Shown here: positions 1-12,585 of the stretch, piece after piece | Position numbering within the stretch: position 1 is the stretch's first letter | Layout: every line of letters starts with the position of its first letter | Program-made: the position numbers and the translations under genes | Notes under the pieces: generated by a model | Databases searched by the model: none | What the model saw: the letters and a program-made list of their open reading frames with translations, nothing else | What the model was told of the DNA's origin: nothing | NCBI GenBank assembly: GCA_951406725.2 | Contig: OX597834.1 | Location: 44,516,001-44,580,000, forward strand | Direction: 5' to 3' | DNA from: Octopus vulgaris | Taxonomy: Eukaryota | Length of the DNA stretch: 64,000 bases

Positions 1-258
1 TCTCAGGAAGATTCAGTGTGACACGGAGCATGACAAGGCTGACCCTTTGAAGTACAGGTACAACAGAATCAGAAAGAAAGAGTGAGAGAAAGTTGTGGTG
101 AAAGAGTACAACAGGGTTCGCCACCATCCAATGCCGGAGCCTCGTGGAACTTTAGGTGTTTTCGCTCAATAAACACTCACAACGCCCGGTCTGGGAATCG
201 AAACCGCGATCCTACAGCCGCGAGTCCGCTGCCCTAACCACTGGGCCATTGCATCTCC
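1..258 (-). mobile_element. tRNA-derived SINE, family C head and body with an alternative 3' region, cut by the window edge
   Basis: Minus strand has A box TGGCCCAGTGG and B box GGTTTCGATTCCC. Body matches the copies at 22233, 53581 and 57743, then diverges after the CT-rich stretch. Confidence 0.85.
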
Positions 259-502
259 ATCCGTTGCTAGCAGGATTAGACTAAAGGTAACACAGTGGTT
301 TTGGTCATTTCTTTCCCACTCACGAATCTTTGGAAGTGCCTCACCAAACTGTAGAATATAGATTTTATTGATAGATTACGCCGTATTACACTCTTGTATT
401 GATGACTGCGAGGCAGTAAATTTTGAACCTTTAAGTGAATAAGCTGCGCCTCTCACAATTGTCTTAAAATTCTAATATGTTGTTGACGTCATACGAAATT
501 CT

Positions 503-621
503 AATCCACTCACAAGGCTTTGGTCGACCCGAGAAGACACTTGGTCAAAGTACCACGCAGTGGGACTGAACACAAAATCATGTGGTTGCTAAGCAAGCTA
601 CGTATCACACAGCCACTCCTA
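503..621 (-). mobile_element. SINE family A, 5' fragment
   Basis: Reverse complement matches the head of the full copies at 6731 and 17244. Confidence 0.8.
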
Positions 622-2637
622 TATATATATATATATAATCTGGCAGTAATCAGGTTTTGCTTTTCAAGTGTTCCGAACCAGATATAACAGTTGAAAATTC
701 ACGCATCCCAAAATAGAGATTTGCCCTCAATTCTTAACCTCCTTGTATTTTGGAGCAGAATGAGGATTTGATATTTACGTGTTGTTGCTCTTCATTGTAA
801 CCTTTTGTGGAGAAAATAATGACTTATCAGTATATAGTTTCTGGGTACATATTCTTATTTATCTGAGAGTCTCTTTTGATGTAATATGTCAGTCAGAAAT
901 ATTTTCAACATGTATTCTGATGCCTGCATGAAAAAAAGAAAATCGTGCTTCTAGTTTTCCCCAGATTACACCTGATGAAATTGATGGTGTGGAAATCGTT
1001 TAAAGACTCATCCAATAATAAATAAATAAGTATATATATATATATCAAACGCTTGTATGCACATATCCTGAGGCAATTCTGATTTGTCTTTGGTTATTTT
1101 TTTCACGTTCTTCCTTTCCCGTCCCCAGACTAAGCCCTTCAATCCACGTTTTTTTCTCATTCACTTCACGGGAAAGGATTTTATAGAGAATATATTTCAA
1201 CGGGTTATTCGTAAGCTGATATTACGTTAAATTTGAGTTCGGCAAGCGTTGTTGTGTTGTTCCATTTCTGAACTGCTATTTATAAGAAAGACATCGCCTT
1301 TTTTTCTTTTCTTTTTTTTCTTTTTTTTTTTGGTGTACATGGAATGCTAAAATGGTAAAGTAAAACGAAAATAAACATCAGAAATCAATTCTTTTCTTAT
1401 TCTTTCTTCCTTGTCTAGAAATTGTATGACACAGCTTGTGTTCCCGATTTTTACGTTTCTATTTTTCCTTCCGTTCCTTCCTTTTGGGAGAGAAACGGAA
1501 GTGAAGGGTGAAGAAAATGAGACACAATAAAGGAGTAAAATGATTACTCTGATGGTGGTGGCGGTGGTGGAGGTGGTGGTGCAGGTGGTGGTGCAGACGG
1601 AAAGAATGACAGGCATCAGATTGAAGGGAACAGAATGAAATTAAGGTAAATCATAGAATTCGACTCTTGGAGTATATAATTTCTAGATTCGCGATCAAGA
1701 AGCGATAGGTTTGAGATAATTTGAATTTTGGGTTACTTTTTCAAAGACCAAAACAAAATAATCTAAATAACATAATGAAATAATCAACGCAAAAATATAA
1801 TAGCGTAAGAAATAAAGCATGTATATATCTGAGTTCAAATTCCACCAAAGTCGACTTTACCATTGCACTGTTTACCATTAAAATGTTCCTTGTCCTATCC
1901 CTTTTCCTATTCATATCCTGTCTTTATGCCCAACCCGTTGTTTATGGTAATAGCTTATAGCTAAAAGTAGGTATTACAAACTCGATTAGTGGATGAACAA
2001 GGCATATTATTTTAGCAACCGGATACGCTTCTGAGTGAAATGAATTAGATAGATTTACAAATACATTGATAAATAATCTGCGTATTGTAGCTGGCGTTGT
2101 CACGTGCCGTAGGTTATTGTAGCGTGGCTGTATCCCGCGTTGCACGATAAAAAATGATTACGATGTTGTGGTGATTTAATTTATGAATTTAATTTCATGG
2201 TAAACCCACTTCCAGGTTACTCGTGATTGCATTGTTCTGTGTCCTAACCACGAATCCAGCAGTTGATGATGTCCTTAATGTGACCTTAGCGTGACGCACG
2301 GGCAATGCAAGCAGAATTGTTTTCCTTTTGGAAAGATGAATTATGGTCGCAAATGTCGTAGAGATGTTTACTTGAAGGAGTGCATGGTCGAGCCTTACAG
2401 AAGCCTTATTTAATCCATATCAGTACACGTGCTATTGATTTGCAAAACATGTGCTACAGTTCCCACTATGGGACCCATTTTAGATTTTTTAAAATTAAAA
2501 TGCAATTAGCCTTTAATTCAACTGGATATTACTTTAAAATGTATGCAACGTTTGGTCAAGATTGGTCCACTGGTGTAGGAACCAAGGTGGTATCAGACAA
2601 ATAGACAGATCAGACAGGCGGAAATTGTCATTTATGC

Positions 2638-2677
<40 letters not shown>

Positions 2678-2839
2678 CGTATATGCGTAAGTTAAGAATT
2701 GTGTAAATCATACGTTTTCTTCATTTCTTGACTGTAGAAAATAACCTAATATTAAGACATATAAACCCCTGATGGAAATAGAAATGTAGGTTCAATTCCC
2801 ACGCTCACTAATGCCCAGGTTTCCAATTGGAGTTTTATT

Positions 2840-3075
2840 GGATGTAATCGACTTAATCCGTTTGTCTGTCCTTGTTTGTCCCCTCTGTGCATAGCTCCTT
2901 GTGGGCAGTAAAGAAACGGCTAGGTTCTGAGTTCAAATTCCACCAAGGTTGACTTTGCCTTTCATCCTATCGGTCTCCATAAGTTAATTACCAGTTGCAT
3001 ACTGGGGCCGATCTAATCGACTGCCCCCACCCCCTAAAAAAGATTTCGGGCCTTGTGCCTAGAGGAGAAAAGAAT
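2840..3075 (+). mobile_element. SINE family B fragments in tandem (tail type 1, then body with tail type 2)
   Basis: GAGTTCAAATTCC B box and GACTTTGCCTTTCATCC central domain are shared with the copies at 26730, 31707 and 43819. Confidence 0.8.
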
Positions 3076-3243
3076 AAAGAATATTAATCGTATTTTTTTC
3101 TACGAGATGATTTTTTTCCAAAATAATCAAATTTGCAATTGGTTTCAATGTCGAAAACCAGCACGGACATATATACATATAGATATACTACATACATGCA
3201 TACGTCTAAACTCATTTGAATCTCTCTTTTTCAATACCTATTC

Positions 3244-3549
3244 TATCCATCCATCCATCCATCCATCCATCCATCCATCCATCCATCCATCCATCCATCC
3301 ATCCATCCATCCATCCATCCATCCATCCATCCATCCATCCATCCATCCATCCATCCATCCATCCATCCATCCATCCATCCATCCATCCATCCATCTACCT
3401 ATTTACCTATCTATCTATCTATCTATTTTTGTTTTTTGTTCTCTTCATCCCCCAAAAGAAAAGCTCTACCTTGTAACTTGTCCCATCTGTGTGCAGCCCT
3501 GTGTGGCCAATAAAGAAACTCATCTATCTATCTATCAATCAATCAATCA

Positions 3550-3608
<59 letters not shown>

Positions 3609-3635
3609 AATCAATCTATCTATCTATCTGTCTAT

Positions 3636-3667
<32 letters not shown>

Positions 3668-3674
3668 ATATCTG

Positions 3675-3749
<75 letters not shown>
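3244..3749. repeat. Compound (CATC)n/(TCTA)n/(TA)n microsatellite interrupted by a ~90-bp retroelement-like tail at 3427-3519
   Basis: Directly visible. It explains the IHPS/YLSI ORFs. Confidence 0.95.
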
Positions 3750-3757
<8 letters not shown>

Positions 3758-3869
3758 AGGGTAGAAATTGATATTTATCTTAAGACCAGTGGTCTATCTA
3801 TCTTAAAATCTTTATCTATCTGAGAACATCTTTTGTGGTGAATCTATCTATATCTATCTATTTTCGTAT

Positions 3870-3936
<67 letters not shown>

Positions 3937-4252
3937 TATGTATGTATGTATGTTTATTTATATATGTATACATACATACACATAGATATTCCCGCTACAT
4001 ATCTCTCCTTGTAGTTGACGATGGCCAATCTAACAGATATCACGTGGTTATTCTACATCAGAACATTGGAGGAATGAGCAAAAGCATTTCCTTTCTTTTT
4101 CTTTTTCTTTAACAGATTTTTCAGCAAAACCTCATGTAGAAGGGATCAATTTTTTGACATTTAATTGCATCCGGTTGAACCATTTTGACTGCTGCAAGAC
4201 GTATCAGTTCCCTTTCTCTAATTAAGTCTTATTCTCGTCTTTCCCTACATGT

Positions 4253-4253
<1 letters not shown>

Positions 4254-4322
<69 letters not shown>

Positions 4323-4735
4323 CATTATTATTTTATTGGATGCTGGCGTTAATGTTAGCCGATATCGTGGTCGCAGTGTTGTAATTCTGTTCTTTGTTAC
4401 AGCATTCTTCTTCTTCTTCTTCTTCTTCTTCTTCTTCTTCTTCTTCTTCTTCTTCTTCTTCTTCTTCTTCTTCTTCTTCTTTCTACTGTAGAGTGCTGTG
4501 GTTGCCGGTGATGATGGGCGGTGTTGGTAGTGATGCTGGTGTGTTCCAGGTTCCGATGTTTGTACTGTAGAGGTCTGCTGCTGATGACGCTGGTAATGGT
4601 ATTGTCGGAAGAAGAAATGACAGAGAAATATCTTAGAAGAGTTCTGCTAAATAATAAGCGAGACCTCCACGATTCTGTTATCTGTCAGATCTTCAAATTT
4701 ACCTCCAGTAACCACAAGAACAACAACAGCAAAAA

Positions 4736-4767
<32 letters not shown>

Positions 4768-4860
4768 ACTGCTGCTGCTACTACTACTACTACTACTACT
4801 ACTACTTACGATGATAACGATGATGTTACTATTACTACTGCTACTACTAACAGCAACTAC
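4254..4860. repeat. Trinucleotide repeat mosaic: (ATT)n, (TTC)n, (CTA)n/(CTG)n
   Basis: Directly visible. Confidence 0.9.
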
Positions 4861-5545
4861 GTCAACAACAATGACAGCTAACACGGCTCCCCCTTTGTAG
4901 TCGCCTACACTGCTAGAAAAAGAAGCCAAATCTCCCTGATATAAATGATTCTCTCTCAGAAAACGCTAGATCGACGTCGACTTATATGTGGGTTCTCTTT
5001 TTTAGCTTTTTTTTGTTTTTTTGTTTTTTTTTTTGTTTTTTGCAGAAGTGGGAAATGCAAATCATGATTGAAATACTTTTGTACATAAACCTGTTCGATC
5101 ATGATAGACCTGGGCTAAATAAAACCAATAACAACAACAACAACAAGCCACATCATATACAGATATTTTCCTCGCTAACAACGCCAGACATATGTAAGGC
5201 GGTTCTCTTGCGTTACTTTGCAATTAAAGTAAGGCTTCAATAGGTCACACAAATGCTGAAATACCCTATGTGCTATGTAGACCTTTGAAACAATAGCTTG
5301 CTCTTTTCAGTTGAAGAAATTACTCATACACATATACATACACACACAGTAGCACACACACATATACATATATACATATATGTACATATGCATATACACA
5401 CATACATATATATATTTGTGTTCATATATACATACACATAAATATATATAAATCTATACATCATTATAAATGTTTTTTCATATGTACTTGTATATAGTGC
5501 ATATCTGTACAAATAAAGGTTTCATACACGTATACAAAAATATAG

Positions 5546-5596
<51 letters not shown>

Positions 5597-5690
5597 TAGA
5601 CAGATAGATATACATAGATATATATGTATATATATGCATATATATATGTTTATATATATGTATATCTATATGTGTGTATGTGTGTGTCTG

Positions 5691-5736
<46 letters not shown>

Positions 5737-6024
5737 TTCCTCTGTACGTTATCAAATTCTTTTTTTTTTGCGCTTTGTCATTTTTTCACAAATAATATTT
5801 TTGCTGTTTTTCTCCGACATTTTGTTCTTTCTTTGTTTCAAACAGCCATTAGCTGGCAGCGTACATGTCAGACACTTCGTGATATTAAGTGTTGTAGAAA
5901 TATTTCTGTCAGTCGACAGAATAGGCTTGGAAAAAGCAATTTATCAAGACAAGTATTGTTGCGATGATGATGATGATGGTGATAGAAGTAGTGGTTGTGG
6001 TGGGGGCGGTGTGGCGGTGGTGAC

Positions 6025-6055
<31 letters not shown>

Positions 6056-6730
6056 CCGACGACGACGACGGCGTTGACGCTGATAATGCTGATAATGACG
6101 ATGATGATCATGAAGCAGAAGAAGAAGAAGAAGAAGAAGAAGAAGATAAAGAAGAAAATGAGGAGAAATAACGAAATTAATGGCATAAAAATTGAAGGTA
6201 AACTCTCTATTCCTATAGAGTAGGAATGAAATATACAGGTGGTGCTACCATTGACTGAAGGAGAAATACAACGAAAAACAGAAGTAGATAACGCAATATT
6301 TATATCAGAGAGACAGAATGAGACGCCAAACTTACATATATGCATTTACGCACTCACACACACACAACCACACACAGAGTCATTTTTTTTACGTAGAATC
6401 TGAAGAAATATTAAGAAAAATTAATGTAGTTTGCGGATCAGTTCTTATAAATAGTTTTACAGCTATTTATATATGTGGTTACATTTTTTTCTGCTGTCTA
6501 GGTCAAAGTTTACGTAAACATAATTCTGGTTAAGTTTAATCTTATGGTTTTTTTTAATATCATTTTTATTCTCATTATTACGAAGGGTGCTTGGTTGGTT
6601 AAATCGGTTCCGAGTTGTAAACAATGGCTTATATGTTCGTTTCTACAAAGAATTTATCATTTGATGGGCGCTAATGTAGAACACGAACCAAAGACAATGA
6701 ATTGATTAAAAAGCAGTGCACAGCCATTAC

Positions 6731-7094
6731 AGATGTGTATGGCTGTGTGGTAAGTAGCTTGCTTACTAACCACATGGTTCTGGGTTCGTGGCACCTTGGG
6801 CAAGTTTCTTTTACTATAGCCTCGGGCCGACCAAAGCCTTGTGAGTGGATTTGGTAGACGGAAACTGAAAGAAACCCGTCAATTATATATATATATGTGT
6901 GTGTATGTTTGTGTGTCTGCGCTTGACAACCGATGGTGGTGTGTTTACGTCCCCCGTAACTTAGCGGTTCGGTAAAAGAGACCGATAGAATAAGTACTAG
7001 GCTTCCAAAGAATAAGTTCTGGGGTCGATTTGCTCGACTAAAGGCGGTGCTCCAGCATCGCCGTCGTCAAATGACTGAAACAAGTAAAAGAGTA
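6731..7094 (+). mobile_element. SINE family A, near full length (tRNA head, CORE-like segment, internal TA/TG microsatellite)
   Basis: A box TGGCTGTGTGG, partly deleted B box, GGCACCTTGGGCAAG resembling the CORE-SINE motif, tail ending GAAACAAGTAAAAGAG. Many copies in the window. Confidence 0.9.
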
Positions 7095-7109
7095 TATTGA
7101 CTTCATATT

Positions 7110-7287
7110 TTAGCACAATTCCAGCAATTTCAGGGGAGGGTTTTAGTCGACCCCATTTCTCAACTCGTACTTTATTTTATCGATAGTGAAAGGATGAAAA
7201 TCTAAGTCGACCTCAGCGGAATTTGAACTCAGAACGGGAAGACGAACGAAATACAGTTGAGAATTATGGTCGGCGTTCTAACGATTA
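7110..7287 (-). mobile_element. SINE family B, diverged copy
   Basis: GAAAGGATGAAA..GTCGACCTCAGCGGAATTTGAACTCAGAAC is the reverse complement of the family B core. Confidence 0.75.
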
Positions 7288-7462
7288 ACATGCATGTATA
7301 TTAAATTTATTATCAGCATAAAAATATATGCGTTATACATACATATATATACGTATAAATAGATACCCGCTCAACACTTATTAAAACTCATATGTGTAAC
7401 TCGTAAACGTGTTTGACAAGGCAATCTGTATAACGCTTTCGTCAGTTGTTTTGGCTAATCTT

Positions 7463-7657
7463 TTTACTCTTTACCATTCAGATAACTCTGTAAAACGTAA
7501 AGTTGATTTATTCAGATTTGTTAAAATTATTTCTGACTTTGAGATTTCAATGATGTGACTGTTTATTTTCAGAATGAGATTTTAAAACAGGTTAACTAGG
7601 TCAGAACAAGTGAAATATTTAGGCCAGATATAGCTGGTGTAAATGCTGAGAAGTTTA
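7463..7657. mobile_element. Decayed piggyBac-like MITE
   Basis: Ends resemble TTAACCCTTTAGCATT...AATGCTAAAGGGTTAA; here TTTACTCTTTACCATT...AATGCTGAGAAGTTTA. Confidence 0.5.
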
Positions 7658-8487
7658 TAGTATTTCTGGGCACACGATGACACACTAGACACCTCTTAAC
7701 CCAGAAGAAAATCGACGATGTGACAGCTGGAATGAGAAAGGGCTGTAGCAGCATTAGATTGACACTCATTTTCAGTTGATTAAATTGGTGTGACATGATG
7801 GGAAGTGCTTGACCAAAGACAACGTGTTCTCCCCTTGCGAGAAATAGACTAGACCGAGCGATTATAGATAGTAGAATCGGAGTGAAGGTTGTGTTAGTTC
7901 GAGTTCAGTTCGCAGTGAAGTCGGAAGGTGTCGGTTGGTTAGTTCGTTTGGAATATTGATTGTTGGTTCGTGAAGAGATTGTTGGCTGCATCGTTATCTT
8001 GTTTACCGTTACTACACTGGTACAGTGTACCTAAACCATCCATCACAATATTGTGGGGGTACCACGACATTGCAGACGGAGGGTACAACAGTCAGTCACT
8101 TTCTCTCCCTTCTCTACACCCTATTTGCCATCACCTCTAGCAATCGTCAGAAAAATTACACCATTCTTCATTCATCCATAACCTTCTGCAGCCAAGCCTA
8201 ATCCACGTACCACCAAAATATTGTGAACTAAATCTGCATTAATTCTTGGAAAAGAAAACTCAAAACCATCTGCCAATAGCATTATGACAACTTATTCGAG
8301 CAGACCCAATCGCAACACGTACTAAAAGCACGTTATCGCACGTCACCCGTAAGCAGGTAAAACATGGAGTTAATCCTTTCACAACCACTTCAAAGGTTCA
8401 TCCTTACCGCGGATCTCTTCTGATGATTAAGCACCCTCAGCACAGGAGAGACTGATTCTCTAATATTTCCTACTTAGATCCAAATAA

Positions 8488-8751
8488 AAATAATAATAAA
8501 TGTCATCCGTTTGAAGCCTAGCCACACTCATGGGACTGGTTTCCCGGTTTCAATGGCGTATGTGTTCACCCCAGCTGGACGGGACGCCAGTCCATCGAAG
8601 TGTTACTCATTTTTGCAAGCTGAGTAAACTGGAGCAACGTGAAATGAAGTGTTTTGCTCAAGAACACAACGCATCGCCCGGTTCAGGAATCGAAACTACA
8701 ATCTTACGACCATGACGCTGACACCCTAAACACTAAACCACGCGCCTCCAC
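8488..8751 (-). mobile_element. SINE family D with 12-bp target-site duplication
   Basis: tRNA-like head with B box GTTTCGATTCC. AGATCCAAATAA is repeated at 8476-8487 and 8752-8763. Second copy at 50114. Confidence 0.9.
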
Positions 8752-10850
8752 AGATCCAAATAATAGGGCACTAAAATAGAGTAATTCTACTACTACTACT
8801 ACCGATACTGATAAACTGCTACGACTGCTGCTGCTGCTACATGCACACACACACACACACGCACGGAAACTAGATTCATCTCACCATAATAGATGTCATT
8901 TAATTTATTAGCAAGAAGTTGCTCACAGATGGACGCGAACCACAAACGTTCTCTCTGCGCTGTTTCCTCAAAATATCTCTACGACAATGACCACTCCTTG
9001 ACGCTAGCTTGATTTTCTCCTCACATCCAAATGGTCGCATGCAGTTCGCTCGATCTTTCCTATTTTTGCCACCCATATTGTGTTCTTGAATATCCCCCCC
9101 CACCCCAGACAATTACTTCTACTGTAGAACATCGCCCTCACTTGATAAGTTTTATTTTCTGGAACCGTCGATTTGCATAAATTCAAGCAGAATATTAACG
9201 GCTTCAGTCTCACTGGAAGAATAGCGAGTTGAGCAGGACCGGTATTTGTGAAATGTTATTTTCATATCCAATGCAATAAATGCCAGAACATTACAAAAAC
9301 GGGTTTTAGTACAGACGGAATGGTCTTTTCTAACATGCAGATAGATACTGAATGCTTATAAGGTTAATTGAGAGTTTGCACAATGATTCAATATGGAATA
9401 GAGGTCACTTAGAACATATCACCATTATATGGATCATACCATCAGAAATCTCACCCTATAATGACATTTATTTATACATATACGCAAACTCCATTTATTA
9501 GAAATAAAGCAGGAAAATGGAGGAAAAGATACAGAGAGAAAATTACAAGAGAACGGAGGAAAGAGAACATCAGCAACAAAGAGAATAAGATGTCACTAAT
9601 TAATTAGTGGAACATAAATGGTTGCGCATCCAATTATCTCTGAGTTCCATCTGGGGAAACCTATACAAACAACGCTAATTAGAATCAATAGAAAAATGGG
9701 AACAGATAGCGAAGATATTTCTTACACTTAGTAACATTCGAGTGTGGATGCGGCTGCCATGATGTACATGCTTTGAAAAACAAAGGAAAAGTACAAGATT
9801 AAAAGAGTAAATACCACATTGACCTCGTTGTGGAATTCTAGGCAGAATAATGGTTTCATGAATAACTAAGTAAAAGGGTTCATCCTTTCATTAAATATGA
9901 CGTTATAATTAAATGTTAATGATAAGAATGCATCTTTATGAGAAGTTAATAAATATTTGTAAATTTTCAACTGATAGTTGAATCTATTTGATCAATCTAT
10001 TTGGAATGATTCCGGAAGGGAAGACGAGCTGAGATAGAAGTTGGGATCTATAAATACTTCGCGGTAATTACTAATCAGTTTCTAACACAAATGAGATTTT
10101 GTGATGTTCATTACCCAGACATTATTAGCCACCAGTCTTTCAGTAACAAGATGACTCGCATTTTAAAGCAATCGTTACAATAGAAACGTCTAAAATCCCG
10201 TATTTTAGTTTCCCATCAAAGCATACTATTGTACGAAAACTAATGCGAAATTTCGAATCGTTTGTTGACCTCTAACTCAGAAAGCCTGTTGGCATTCAGT
10301 ATAGTAAGTTTATCCCATCATCCATCATAATTATGAAGGCTAAATTTATCATTTTAGTAATCTAGAATCCAATATGGGATGACTAAGATCTATGTATAAA
10401 GTTTACAACTTCAAGGTTCACGAGACAGAATTTTACAAGGGAGCTGATTTAATAATTCTCGAGTGAGGAATTTTGAGGTGTAGATGGCCACCCCTTTTCA
10501 AGTTCCATGTACTTTGAAACCCGTCTGGAACGCAACATTTCGAGTTAACGCGACATTCTAATGCTAACACTAATGGGAGCAAGAAATACCCCGATTGTAA
10601 TAAATATTGGGTGGCCATACCGGGCGGAAAGCAGTGAGTTAAGCATACGCACAAGAAAGCGCGTACGCAGCACAGATGCACACAGATAAACGCGCATACA
10701 CAAATACACACATGCATATGCATGCATATAAGCATGCATGTTTATATACATATGTGTGTGCGTGCGTGTATGTATGTATGTATGTATGTATGTATGTATG
10801 TATGTATGTATGTATGTGTGTATGTGTGTATGTATGCATATATGTATATA

Positions 10851-11013
10851 TTTTCTCTCCCTGTTTATTTCTGTATTTCTGTGTTCTTTTCTGCCGAAGA
10901 GCGTAGGCTCGAAACGTAAAAGAGTTTCTCACCTTCCTGGGCGTTAACCTAATACATCTGTTTGTTATTTACACACCAGTCTGTGTCTTCTATTCTTTTC
11001 TGTAAATTCTCAC
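10851..11013 (+). mobile_element. Short hammerhead-bearing repeat (Penelope-like terminal fragment), copy 1
   Basis: Homologous to 14930-15086 and 19985-20141. Ends in (TA)n. Confidence 0.7.
10887..10922 (+). ncRNA. Minimal type-I hammerhead-like motif, variant core CUGCCGA
   Basis: tttt CTGCCGA a gagc gtag gctc GAAA cg T A aaag. Confidence 0.55.
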
Positions 11014-11046
11014 TATATATGTACATATATATATATATATATATAT

Positions 11047-11081
<35 letters not shown>

Positions 11082-11140
11082 TGTATATATATATATAATG
11101 AGTAAAACAGCTAGTTTTAAATCTTTGAATGAGATACTGT

Positions 11141-11718
11141 ATAGTAAAATCTATTTATCAACGTGAGGTTGCAGTCCTGCGTAGGGCCATGTTACTACCT
11201 TTTAACGTCAGGAAAAGATCTTTTCCAGCTGGTAATCAACGGACAAGCTGTGTCTGCAATATAGTGTTAGCAAGGGACCGTGCTGCTCCCTGGTAGCCAC
11301 TTGCAGTATGAACATACCATTGGTTTTTGGGTAATTTCCCATCCTTATGCTCGCAAATAGATTTTACTATGAAGTATAGTTACTAATAAGATCTTATTCG
11401 CAGATTAAAACCTATTTTACTCATTACGAAATCAGTGATTGTCTGTCACTTCTATATTTATATACTGAATAGGGTCGAGTAAGTTGCCATCTCTAGCCAG
11501 CGGTTGTCCAGCACCGAGGACAGGAAGTTACCAAGAAACCATTTGACTATTGGTACTGCTAGTTGCTAGGAGGTAACAGTAAGCTCTCTTGTTCACAGTA
11601 TATTTCAGACACATATTGTGTGTCGGTAACCAGCTGGAAAAGATGTTTTCCTGGGGTTAAAAAATAGTAACATTGTCCTACGCAGGACTGCCACTTTACG
11701 TTGGCAAATAGAATTTAC

Positions 11719-11721
<3 letters not shown>
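11141..11721. mobile_element. Fold-back/MITE structure: two inverted ~215-bp related arms
   Basis: 11141-11350 aligns to the reverse complement of 11510-11721. Perfect 16-bp TIR ATAGTAAAATCTATTT at 11141-11156 and 11355-11370. Confidence 0.75.
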
Positions 11722-11753
<32 letters not shown>

Positions 11754-12184
11754 AATGTTTGCATACCTACATACATAAACACTCTTATATATGTGACATA
11801 TGACATTATTCAGTTTTATTTTCAGATTTCGTGCAAATTGAAAGAGACAGTTTCTAATCGAGATCGAAAGCCACTTCACTGAAATTTTAACATCAACAGG
11901 CTATTTTTGTATGTATGTATGTATGTATGTATGTATGTATGTATGTATGTATGTAGGTAGGTAGGTAGGTAGGTAGGTAGGTAGGTAGGTAGGTATGTAC
12001 GTATGTATGTGTGTATGGATGGATGGATGGATGGACGGATGGATGGATATAGGCAGATTTGTATGTTTTATCTGATGCATGTATTGTCATACATATAGTT
12101 GCATGTCTCATCATAGTGATTTATATTTTATGTATGTATGTATGTATGTATTATGTATGTAAGAATATATATATATATATATAT

Positions 12185-12520
12185 TTTACTCTTGTATTTG
12201 TCCCGACCATTTGACTGCAGTCATTCTGGAGCACCGCCTTTAGTCGAACAAATAGACCCCAGGATTTATTCTTTGTAAGCCTAGTACTTATACTATCGGT
12301 TTCTTACGGGTACGTAAACACACCAGCAATCAGCTGTGGGGGGACAAACTCAGACACACAAACATATACCTGCCCCCCACACACACACACACATACACAC
12401 GTACATACATGTATATATATGTAAGACGGGCTTCTTTCCTTTTCCGTCTACCAAATCCACTCACAAGGCTTTGGTCTGTCCGAGGCTATAGTAGAAGACA
12501 CATGCTCAAGGTGCTACGCA
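12185..12520 (-). mobile_element. SINE family A, head missing
   Basis: Reverse complement of the family A body and tail, with internal CA/TA microsatellite. Confidence 0.85.

Positions 12521-12585
<65 letters not shown>

Noticed and set aside
970-1002. CTGATGA...GAAA hammerhead-like words
   Set aside because: No helix II or helix I pairing. The same applies to minus-strand hits near 14866, 32856, 33730, 52818 and 62176 and the plus-strand hit at 23415.
3053-3823. Longest ORF (256 aa) and the many YI/CV/HT/IHPS-rich ORFs across the window
   Set aside because: They are translations of stop-free microsatellites with no domain-like content.
8900-9240. Coding-like unique stretches (also 2050-2420, 39100-39550, 51700-52420)
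   Set aside because: No protein motif I can recognise with confidence. Probably decayed transposons; BLASTX is needed.
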